A stretch of DNA of 51,600 nt from Candidatus Omnitrophota bacterium (GTDB lineage: Bacteria > Omnitrophota > Omnitrophia > Omnitrophales > Aquincolibacteriaceae), in contig JAHQRI010000002.1 in the NCBI GenBank assembly GCA_019052695.1, positions 1-51,600 on the forward strand. Reading direction: 5' to 3'. This document shows, piece by piece, positions 1 through 7,308 of this stretch. The position numbers and the translations under genes were made by a program. Below the pieces are notes generated by a model. The model was not told the DNA's origin. It did no database searches and saw only the letters and a list, made by a program, of their open reading frames with translations. Numbering within the stretch: the stretch's first letter is position 1; every line of letters begins with the position of its first letter.

Positions 1-445
1 CCCCCGACGAGCCTCCTGAAGAACCGCTCCCCGAAGACCCCCTTGAAATCGTCCCCGTGCCAAAGGGCACATACCCGACAAAACCGTCCTTGTCGATGGA
101 GATCTCTTGAAGCCAGTTGTTCAAAAGGTCCAACGGCGTCGCGATCGCTAGAAAATTCTCCTGGTCGGCGTCAATGATCCGGTACCGGTAAAACCTGCTT
201 TCCACCGCCAACCCGAGAACCGTCTGGATCGCGATCTCATCGACCGCCGCCATGAACCGGCCTGAGAACGCATGGAGGTCAAGCTCCGCCTTTCGGATGG
301 CCCCGAGGTTCTGCAAGGCTTCCGCTTCTTTCGCCTTTTGAACCTGCCCCAGCACGCGCGGGATGATCACCGCCGCGAGCACGCACAAAACGACCGCCAC
401 AATCAAAACCTCGAGAAGCGCGAATCCTTTAGTTTTTCCCGTCAT
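1..445 (-). CDS. Type IV pilin / pseudopilin-like protein (prepilin N-terminal motif); 3' end runs off the window
   Basis: Hand translation of the minus strand from ATG at 445-443 stays open to base 1: MTGKTKGFALLEVLIVAVVLCVLAAVIIPRVLGQVQKAKEAEAL... It has a short basic leader ending in Gly, then F-A-L-L-E with Glu at +5 and a hydrophobic helix. That is the classic prepilin peptidase cleavage/N-methylation signature. It is absent from the ORF track because no stop lies inside the window. Confidence 0.8.
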   Translation of the reverse strand, partial: MTGKTKGFALLEVLIVAVVLCVLAAVIIPRVLGQVQKAKEAEALQNLGAIRKAELDLHAFSGRFMAAVDEIAIQTVLGLAVESRFYRYRIIDADQENFLAIATPLDLLNNWLQEISIDKDGFVGYVPFGTGTISRGSSGSGSSGGSSG

Positions 446-1808
446 CGGGTCGTCCTTGCAAGGCTTCTTCTAAAAGTTTTTTGTTCCGGAGCGCCGGTTC
501 TAGCCGGGGGTCCATTTCGAGCGCCCGGTCCCATTCCCGAAGCGCATTTTCTGCATCGTTCATCAAAGCATAAGCCAGACCGGCGTTCGAACGGGCCGGG
601 ACGTATTCGCTGTTCCTCTGTAGGGCTTGCCGGAAAGCTTCGAGCGCCTTCGTTGGCTCGGCCGTTTTAAGATAAAGGATCCCCAGACCGTTCAAAAGGG
701 ATGGGTCGTCCGGTTTTAGGGTAAGAGCTTTCTTGTAGTAAAGCTCGGCGTCCGCAAACGCCCCCAGGGCCAAACTTGCCCGGGCCGCGCCACAGTTCGC
801 GGAAAAATCATCCGGAGCCCTGGTCAGGACCTCGCTGAATTTGTCCAGCGCCTCTCGGTCCTTCTTCATCTCAAGGTAAAGCGCTCCCAAACCCGTTAAA
901 GCGGCCGCACTGCCCGGATGCCGCTCAAGCAAGTTTTCGTATTCCTTTGCCGCTTCGTCAAGCCGTCCTTGTTCTTTGCGGATCTCGGCCCCGAGCAAGA
1001 ACGCCTCGGGCGGCGGCAAGGGGGCCTCGACAAGCTCCTTCGCAAAAAGCGCGGCCTCCTCCGCCCTCCCCATTTTGAAATAACACAGGGCGGCGTTATA
1101 GAGGCTCAGCGGGTCATTTTCCCGGCCTAAGGCCTCAAAAAGATCCGCCGCTTTCGCGTAGTCACCGAGCTGATAAAAACAATAGGCCAAATTTTTCCTG
1201 ATCCTCCGGTCACCCGGCTTTTGCGCATGGGCTTTTTCATAAAAAAGGACGGCCCTTTGAAAGTCCCGTGAGTCTTTGAAAAACTGGGCGGCGTTCAGAT
1301 TGTTATCAAAGTTTTCAGGGTCCTTTTCCAGGGCCTTGAGAAAATTTTCTTCGGCTTTTTGCCGCTCTCCCAGGGTCGCGTAAACGCTCCCGAGGTTGGC
1401 ATGGATCAATGCGGTCCCCGTACCAACCCGCTCAAAGGCCTCCGCCGCCTCTTGGAACCTGCCTTCGTTGTAAAGCCGGACACCGTTCTTCAAAAAAACC
1501 TCTTTGCCGCGGACTTCGACCAGCTCTTCTTTCGAACCGCGCCAGATGCTTTTGATCTCGTTTTTGGGAATTTTAACTTTTCCGCCCGGCGCCTGGACGG
1601 TCACGAAATCCTCATCCTCTTTGAGGATCTTCGTTTCCATGGCATTGCCGTTCTTGAGCTTGATGATGTCGCCGAGGGCGGCGGGGCCGAAAAGAAAAAG
1701 AAAGGCAAGGCATGCCGAAAAAACGTTCCGGAATACGTTTAAAGCGCCTTTTTTGATCAACAGGCGTCTCCTTTTTAAAACGGACATTTCATCCTTGCCG
1801 TTGGTCAT
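429..1808 (-). CDS. TPR-repeat protein with N-terminal signal/membrane anchor
   Basis: ORF 429..2078 trimmed to the ATG at 1808-1806, which overlaps the upstream kinase stop (ATGA); an alternative start is ATG at 1787 (MSVLK). There is a hydrophobic segment CLAFLFLFGPAALG. Many 34-aa TPR-like units follow, with the A-x-x-x-Y/F-x-x-A-L-x-x-x-P pattern (ALTLKPDDP, ALEMDPRLEPA, ALEKDPENF). Confidence 0.8.
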   Translation of the reverse strand: MTNGKDEMSVLKRRRLLIKKGALNVFRNVFSACLAFLFLFGPAALGDIIKLKNGNAMETKILKEDEDFVTVQAPGGKVKIPKNEIKSIWRGSKEELVEVRGKEVFLKNGVRLYNEGRFQEAAEAFERVGTGTALIHANLGSVYATLGERQKAEENFLKALEKDPENFDNNLNAAQFFKDSRDFQRAVLFYEKAHAQKPGDRRIRKNLAYCFYQLGDYAKAADLFEALGRENDPLSLYNAALCYFKMGRAEEAALFAKELVEAPLPPPEAFLLGAEIRKEQGRLDEAAKEYENLLERHPGSAAALTGLGALYLEMKKDREALDKFSEVLTRAPDDFSANCGAARASLALGAFADAELYYKKALTLKPDDPSLLNGLGILYLKTAEPTKALEAFRQALQRNSEYVPARSNAGLAYALMNDAENALREWDRALEMDPRLEPALRNKKLLEEALQGRPDDGKN

Positions 1809-3919
1809 GGGCTTTGACGTCTTTCTTTGATCGGGAACGCAAAATGCATGGTCGTCCCCTCCCCGATCCTGGATTCCGCCCAGACCCGACCGTGGTGACC
1901 CTCGATGATCTCTTTGCAGATCGAAAGGCCGAGGCCGGTCCCCTTGGCCTGGTGGGAGCCCACCTGGCTGAACGGCTGGAAAAGCTTGCCGAGGTCCTCG
2001 TCTGCCATGCCCGGGCCCGTGTCCCTCACGGAAACGTGGATAATGTTGGGTTCCATGGCCACATTCAGGGTAATGCACCCTTTGTCCGTAAATTTGATCG
2101 CGTTGTTCACAAAGTTCACAAGGACCTGGATGACCTTGTCCCGGTCGAACATAAGGGGCGGCAGCTGTCCCGGCAATTGCAGCACGAACCGCAGACCCTT
2201 CTGCTCGGCAAGGGAGTGCATCGTTTGGTAAACCGTCTGGACCGCTTCAAGGAAATTTTCCTCTTTCATGTGAAAGGGCATTTTCCCGGCGTCGAACTTC
2301 TGAAAGTCCAGGATCTCCGTGGTCAGGTTCACCATGCGCCGGAGGTTGTCGCGGGTGATCTCCAAAACCTTCCGTTGCAGATCGCTGATCGGGCCCAAAA
2401 GGCCGTCCAGGATCTGGCTGACGCTCTCGTAAAGGGCCGTTAAAGGGCTCCGGAGCTCATGGGTCGCGATCGAGACGAACTTCGTCTTCAGACGGGCCGC
2501 CTCCTGGATCTCGAGCTCCATCCTTTTTCTCTCCGTGATGTCGCGGGAGACCCCGATGATCCCAACGACTTTCCAAGCGTGGTCCCGGTGGAGGGCGCGA
2601 ACGGTGTGGAACGTAACCGTGCGTCCCTGGATGTTGACGGTCTCTTCAGCGTCAAAGAGGCCCCCGCTACCCATGGCTTTCCTGTCATTTTCCATGAACT
2701 GACGCGCCTCTTCTTCGGGGAATATTTCGCTGTCTTTCCTGCCGATGATCTCCTTCTGAGATTTTCGGAACACGCGGACCCCGATGGAATTGATCATGAT
2801 GTAACGGCCTTCGCAGTCTTTCACAAAAACGATGTCGCTCGTTCCCTCGATGATGGCCTGCAGGAGGTTGTAACTGCTCTGCAGCTTTCTCTCCCCCTCC
2901 GCGCGCACACGAAGGACCCTCAGGAACAGAGTGGCGAGCACAAGGCTGAGGGCGAGCAACGCCCCGTAAAAAAAGAGGATCTCCCGGAGGGCCTTGTCAC
3001 GCTCCCGGAATGCCTGCCGTTCCGGTTGGGTGACCACGACGCCCCATCCGAAGCCCGCAACAGGTTCATACGCGATCAGTTCCTTTCTCTTTCCGGCGAT
3101 ATCCCAAACGGTTTCGGTACCACTTTTGCCTTTCAGGAGGCTGTTCATGAACGGAAGACGGGAAAAGTCCGCGCTTCCCTTTCCTGCGGGAAAGGCCGGA
3201 TGATAAACGGTATGCCCCCGCTGGTCGACCAGATAGGCGACCTGTGATCCCTCCCTTTCCATCGGCTTCAGGCTGTTCTCGAACGCGTCCAGCTTGATCT
3301 GGAGGGCTAAGAGCCCTTGCAGGTTCTTCCACGCTTCGTCATCGTTCCGACTGATCGCGGCCTCCGAACCCGGGGGAAGGATGGGGATCACGATCGCGAC
3401 CACATCGTACTGGGGTTCGGCGGAGGTCTGGTAGACCTCGGACACGTAAGGACGCCGCGCCTGCATGACCCCGGAATACCACTCCCGGTTCGCACGACTG
3501 ATCCCGGCCGCGCCCTGAACGCCGGGATAGCTTCCGACAAGAATGCCGGCGGGGTCCGCGACGTAAAGCCGTTCAATGAATGGGAATAGGTTGGAGAATC
3601 CTCTCAGGGCGCTAAAGGCTTTTTCCCGGTCCCTCTGGGTGACCGCATCGACTAGCAGGGGGTTCATCGCAAGCGACGCACCGATATCGATAAAACTCTT
3701 GATCTTTTCGACCACCGTCGTCGCGGAAAGTCTCGCGTAAAATTCTTTTTGGGAAAATTCGAAACGGGTGAGTTGCTCGGAAGTTTTCGCGTAACTGAAA
3801 GCGGCCAGGACCAGCACGGGGAGCACGGCGACGAATAGGAAGCCCCCGCGATAAAACCGTCCCTTCCCCCCGCGGAGGAACAAAAGCGTGTTTAGAATCG
3901 CCGGGATTTTTTCTAACAT
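1805..3919 (-). CDS. Sensor histidine kinase (Cache-like periplasmic domain, TM, PAS, HisKA, HATPase_c)
   Basis: 704-aa ORF. It has an N-terminal TM (FLFVAVLPVLVLAAF), a roughly 270-aa extracytoplasmic region, and a second TM (ILFFYGALLALSLVLATLFL). The PAS-like region reads LLQAIIEGTSDIVFVKD and the H-box reads ATHELRSPL. N/G boxes are present (NNAIKFT, DTGPGM, GTGLGLSICK). No adjacent response regulator. Confidence 0.9.
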   Translation of the reverse strand: MLEKIPAILNTLLFLRGGKGRFYRGGFLFVAVLPVLVLAAFSYAKTSEQLTRFEFSQKEFYARLSATTVVEKIKSFIDIGASLAMNPLLVDAVTQRDREKAFSALRGFSNLFPFIERLYVADPAGILVGSYPGVQGAAGISRANREWYSGVMQARRPYVSEVYQTSAEPQYDVVAIVIPILPPGSEAAISRNDDEAWKNLQGLLALQIKLDAFENSLKPMEREGSQVAYLVDQRGHTVYHPAFPAGKGSADFSRLPFMNSLLKGKSGTETVWDIAGKRKELIAYEPVAGFGWGVVVTQPERQAFRERDKALREILFFYGALLALSLVLATLFLRVLRVRAEGERKLQSSYNLLQAIIEGTSDIVFVKDCEGRYIMINSIGVRVFRKSQKEIIGRKDSEIFPEEEARQFMENDRKAMGSGGLFDAEETVNIQGRTVTFHTVRALHRDHAWKVVGIIGVSRDITERKRMELEIQEAARLKTKFVSIATHELRSPLTALYESVSQILDGLLGPISDLQRKVLEITRDNLRRMVNLTTEILDFQKFDAGKMPFHMKEENFLEAVQTVYQTMHSLAEQKGLRFVLQLPGQLPPLMFDRDKVIQVLVNFVNNAIKFTDKGCITLNVAMEPNIIHVSVRDTGPGMADEDLGKLFQPFSQVGSHQAKGTGLGLSICKEIIEGHHGRVWAESRIGEGTTMHFAFPIKERRQSP

Positions 3920-4006
3920 GGCACGAGAGCGACCTTTCCTTCACTTACCCCGACGACCTCGGGGAGTTGCAACCGATCCTTCGACGTTCCGGAAGGCATC
4001 CGGGGC

Positions 4007-4936
4007 CTACATTTTTTCCTCGGGCACCGGAGACTCTTGTTCGTACTGGACGAACCACTGGTCCAGACGGTTCGAAAGGGACCCCGCTTCTTCCTGGCTC
4101 AGGAACCGTTTCAACAACGCGCCGTTCCTGAATCGCCGCGGTTTCCCGTCTAGCACCTTCAAGGCGTAAACATAGCGGCCGGAAAACTCGTGTTTTTTGT
4201 TGGCCGTGATCGACAAGATGAAGTTGTCCTTGTCAAACCTCCCCTCCACCGACTCCACCGTCAGATAAAGGATGAACTTTTCCCGGATGAAGATCGGCGT
4301 GCCGGAATCCACCCCAAAAACAACGTCGGGCTTCAAGCCGTTCAAGTGGATTTCGGGAGGGACCACTTCGAAGAACATATATTCCGAAAAATCCGCTTCC
4401 CTGCCGTAACGGCCGAAACTAGGGTCAAGGAAAAAACGTTCTTTCGTGTTCTTGTCGATGATCGCCAGGACGGTATGCGAGGAAAGCGGCCGGAGGAAGA
4501 ACCCGGCCTCGGCCGCCCGGACGAACAGGATAAGGTAATCGTCCCCGAACAGAGGATGGATCTTTCTGTACGTGTAAGCCGCCAGCTCGCCGCAGAGCCC
4601 GAACTTCCCCTGGTCCAGGAGGATGTCCCCGTTGGCATCAAATTTGTGGAGGTTGTGAAGGGTCCAGGTCTTTTTATCGAAGTTGATGCTTAGCGTCACC
4701 CCCGGGTCCATGAGCGCCACAAGACCTGAGTAAGCCAAGGGGCTTGTGACCTCTTTGACCCTCATGTAATACGGGAGGTCGAGCGGAGAGCTTTTGGACG
4801 ATGTTTCTTCCGCATCGGGCTTCGCACCGAAAAAAGGCAGGTCCTTCAGTCCCACAACCGTCATCGCAAGAAAAGTGACCAAAAAAAGGGCCCGATAGAT
4901 CCAAAGTTCCCTTTTCAGCGTTTTTTCGTCCTTCAT
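4007..4936 (-). CDS. Hypothetical membrane-anchored protein with Cys-His-Asp (NAT/transglutaminase-like) motif pattern
   Basis: 309-aa ORF with an N-terminal TM (IYRALFLVTFLAMTVVGL). The motifs GKFGLCGELAAYTY ... SSHTVLAIID ... FFLDPSFG follow the order and spacing of the Cys-His-Asp triad in arylamine N-acetyltransferase/transglutaminase-fold enzymes. The functional call is weak. Confidence 0.6.
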   Translation of the reverse strand: MKDEKTLKRELWIYRALFLVTFLAMTVVGLKDLPFFGAKPDAEETSSKSSPLDLPYYMRVKEVTSPLAYSGLVALMDPGVTLSINFDKKTWTLHNLHKFDANGDILLDQGKFGLCGELAAYTYRKIHPLFGDDYLILFVRAAEAGFFLRPLSSHTVLAIIDKNTKERFFLDPSFGRYGREADFSEYMFFEVVPPEIHLNGLKPDVVFGVDSGTPIFIREKFILYLTVESVEGRFDKDNFILSITANKKHEFSGRYVYALKVLDGKPRRFRNGALLKRFLSQEEAGSLSNRLDQWFVQYEQESPVPEEKM

Positions 4937-5137
4937 AGGGCCTCTTTCAGCAATGAAAGATTACGGCATCGCGGTGTTCTCTTGGAAAAACAACGGGAGG
5001 GGTATCGTCTCTTCCCGTCACGCAAGATCCCGCTTGTTTCAATCTGTCTCCCCACCGGCGGCAAGCCCCGCACAAGGGTTTCGCGCCCGCGATCAGCTCG
5101 CTGTCATTTCTCACAGAACTCACAGCAGCAGGAACCA

Positions 5138-5239
5138 GCTCCCTTCAAATCCCTCCTCGTCACCGTAGACGGGCTTCTCTGAAGCTATCACGGTGCCGTC
5201 ATTTATTGACGATATAAATGGCGGAGAGGGGGGGATTTG
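5138..5239. repeat. Direct repeat copy A (102 bp): 21 nt identical to the tRNA-Ser(GCU) 3' end plus 81 nt of its downstream flank
   Basis: 5138..5239 aligns base for base with 5322..5423 (offset 184 bp). I could find a single mismatch (gctAtcac vs gctGtcac). It contains tggcggagagggggggatttg, the reverse complement of the tRNA T-arm/acceptor/CCA end. Confidence 0.9.
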
Positions 5240-5289
5240 GCTCCTTCCCCGCCAAAATGCTCGGCGGGTCTGGTAGGCCACCCGCCCTT

Positions 5290-5313
5290 GAAACATGACA
5301 GCCGTCATGTTTC
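5290..5313. repeat. Perfect 10-bp inverted repeat with a 4-nt loop (gaaacatgac agcc gtcatgtttc) inside the 82-bp unique spacer between the direct repeats
   Basis: Read directly from the sequence. A second 7-bp stem (ggcgggt...acccgcc, about 5264..5287) lies next to it. Confidence 0.8.
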
Positions 5314-5321
5314 AGTCCAGG

Positions 5322-5423
5322 GCTCCCTTCAAATCCCTCCTCGTCACCGTAGACGGGCTTCTCTGAAGCTGTCACGGTGCCGTCATTTATTGACGATATA
5401 AATGGCGGAGAGGGGGGGATTTG
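5322..5423. repeat. Direct repeat copy B (102 bp), overlapping the genuine 3' end of tRNA-Ser(GCU)
   Basis: See copy A. 5403..5423 is the real tRNA 3' end and 5322..5402 is the flank immediately downstream of the tRNA. Confidence 0.9.
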
Positions 5424-5496
5424 AACCCCCGGTGACGCTTTCGCGCCACAGCGGTTTAGCAAACCGCCGCACTAAACCGGGCTATGCGACCTCTCC
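5403..5496 (-). tRNA. tRNA-Ser (anticodon GCU), class II with long variable arm, CCA encoded
   Basis: The minus strand reads GGAGAGG-TC-GCA-TAGCCCGGTTTAG-TGC-G-GCGGT-TTGCTAA-ACCGC-TGTGGCGCGAAAGCGTCACC-GGGGG-TTCAAAT-CCCCC-CCTCTCC-G-CCA. The 7-bp acceptor stem is perfect. The anticodon loop is TT-GCT-AA and the T-loop is TTCAAAT. The variable arm is a long hairpin. Confidence 0.95.
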
Positions 5497-5522
5497 GCGG
5501 GAAAACCATAAAAACGAGGCAT

Positions 5523-5528
5523 ACTATA
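5523..5528 (-). promoter_or_regulatory. Possible -10 element (TATAGT on the minus strand) upstream of tRNA-Ser(GCU)
   Basis: Minus strand ...ttatttggTATAGTatgcctcg..., about 27 nt upstream of the mature tRNA 5' end. Sequence pattern only. Confidence 0.3.
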
Positions 5529-5660
5529 CCAAATAACGGAAAATGCAGGCTAAAAAAATGGCCCCCTTCTCCCCGGATCCGGGCTGCATCCCTTGCCTCT
5601 GTTGTTTTTTATACGCTATCGATACGTTATACTAAGGACACGCGTTAAGGAGAGTTTTCC

Positions 5661-7070
5661 ATGTTTCTAAGACTTACGCAGAGACACATCGTGTTCGCGG
5701 CTTTGGGCATTCTTTTTATCTGTTTGTTCGCCCTCACGTCCGTTCGCTCCCGTTCCACCGGGCGCTCCCTCTCTCAAAGGGACCCAAATATCGTATTGAT
5801 CACGGTCGATGCCCTGAGGACGGACCACTTGAGCGGTTATGGCTACTTCAGAAAAACCTCCCCGGTCATCGATGACCTGGCAGGCAAAGGCGTCTTCTTT
5901 ACCCAGGGGATTTCGCAGTCGTCTCACGCCCCGGCTTCTCTGGGCGTGATCGCTACTTCGACCTACCCCCCGGTCAATGGCCTACGTGCCTGGGGCGATA
6001 CCCTGCATCCCGACGTCCAAACCCTTGCGGAGATTCTCAAGGCCCGGGGGTATAGGACTTTTTTTGTCGGGGGTAACGGGAACATCCCCACCGGTCTGCA
6101 CGGATTCCCGCGGGGGTTCGACGTCTTTTACGATGACGGCGTCATGGCCCCGGCCCTGACCCAAAAGGCCTTATCCCTGATCGAGAAAAAGGACCCGGCG
6201 CCTTTTTTCCTTTGGATCCATTACATGGATGTTCATAATTACGTTCCCTCGCCTCAGTTCGAGAGCCTCTTTATCAACGACATGTTCTACAGCCGGCAAG
6301 TCCGTTTCCCCATCGTCAAAGACGGCCCGGGTTTTTACGGTAAGGACGGTATCCCCGAATCCCGGGCCCAAAAAAACGAAGGGAACGACAATCCCGATTA
6401 TTACATCGCACTTTATGACGGAGCGATCCGCACGGTGGATCAAGAGATCGGACGGCTCCTTAAAACCGTCAAACGCGCTGATCCGAAGCGGGGTCTTCTA
6501 TCCGTCCTTTCGTCACCGAACGGCGAGTTGTTCGGGGAACACGGTTATTATTTCCATCACGGCTTTTTTTTATACGATCCCCTGATCAAAGTCCCCCTGA
6601 TCTTTCATGGCGATGAGGTCATCCCCGCAAAACGGGTCGACCGTCAAGTCAGCGCGGGGCTCGACATCTTCCCGACCCTCCTTGGGCTTCTCAAGATCAA
6701 GGGGCCGGGAACCGTCCAGGGCGAGGACCTGTCCCCTCTCTTTTTCGGGGACGACGCGAAAAGATCTCCGGCCATCATCAGCGATGAGGGATACAGTCAA
6801 ATAAGCGTCAGGACGGACGATTGGAAATTGATCCGTTCCGCCGAAAATCCTGACGCCCCGGGGGAGTACAAGCTTTTTGATCTGAAAAAAGACCCCGAAA
6901 AGGCCATCAACATTGCTGCATCTGAAAAGCAAGTTGTCACAACCCTGGAAAAAACGTTGGAGGGGTACCGCCACAAGTTCTGGGACGCGGAACCGGTCCC
7001 CCTTCCGCCCTCCGGGGAATCGCCCGGCAAGGAGCCTCCCTCACCTTCGGACCTCCATTCGGTTCTTTAA
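5661..7070 (+). CDS. Sulfatase / alkaline-phosphatase superfamily protein, membrane-anchored
   Basis: 469-aa ORF with SD aaggagag 8 nt upstream of the ATG and an N-terminal TM (VFAALGILFICLFALT). NIVLITVDALRTDHLSGYGY is the typical metal-binding N-terminal motif of sulfatase-family enzymes. I could not see a canonical C/S-x-P-x-R formylglycine motif (the region reads SQSSHAPASLG). Confidence 0.75.
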   Translation: MFLRLTQRHIVFAALGILFICLFALTSVRSRSTGRSLSQRDPNIVLITVDALRTDHLSGYGYFRKTSPVIDDLAGKGVFFTQGISQSSHAPASLGVIATSTYPPVNGLRAWGDTLHPDVQTLAEILKARGYRTFFVGGNGNIPTGLHGFPRGFDVFYDDGVMAPALTQKALSLIEKKDPAPFFLWIHYMDVHNYVPSPQFESLFINDMFYSRQVRFPIVKDGPGFYGKDGIPESRAQKNEGNDNPDYYIALYDGAIRTVDQEIGRLLKTVKRADPKRGLLSVLSSPNGELFGEHGYYFHHGFFLYDPLIKVPLIFHGDEVIPAKRVDRQVSAGLDIFPTLLGLLKIKGPGTVQGEDLSPLFFGDDAKRSPAIISDEGYSQISVRTDDWKLIRSAENPDAPGEYKLFDLKKDPEKAINIAASEKQVVTTLEKTLEGYRHKFWDAEPVPLPPSGESPGKEPPSPSDLHSVL

Positions 7071-7296
7071 CGCTCTTTTTTTCTTTCTCCCCGGGCTTTT
7101 TGAAGAACCCCGCATTTCTCACAGACCTCGAAAGGTTTTTTGGTTCAAGGACACAAGAACAGCTCAGCGCCTGGGGGGAGGACAAAAAAACCGACCGCTT
7201 GACCGTCCCATGGGCTCACTCCTGACACGGCACAGGGGCCAAAATGCAAAGGGCTCAGGTTTTGAAGGCAGGGGTTGTGGGAGACACGGTGAGTGA

Positions 7297-7302
7297 TATA
7301 AT
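7297..7302 (+). promoter_or_regulatory. Consensus -10 hexamer TATAAT with upstream TG (gTGaTATAAT), 6 nt before the GTG at 7309
   Basis: Read from ggtgagtgatataatcccgtcGTG. No convincing -35 was noted. Confidence 0.35.
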
Positions 7303-7308
7303 CCCGTC

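Noticed and set aside
272-670. 132-aa plus-strand ORF spanning the pilin/TPR junction
   Set aside because: It is antisense to two well-supported minus-strand genes (the prepilin-like ORF and the TPR protein). Its composition is Arg/Pro/His-rich, as is typical of antisense frames in GC-rich DNA. It has no recognisable motifs.
5120-5462. Two minus-strand ORFs (5120..5308 and 5199..5462) sharing the peptide IPPSPPFISSINDGTV..ASEKPVYGDEEGFEGS
   Set aside because: The shared peptide is simply the translation of the 102-bp direct repeat. One ORF also reads straight through the tRNA-Ser gene. There is no start context and no motifs. The DNA-level repeat is reported instead.
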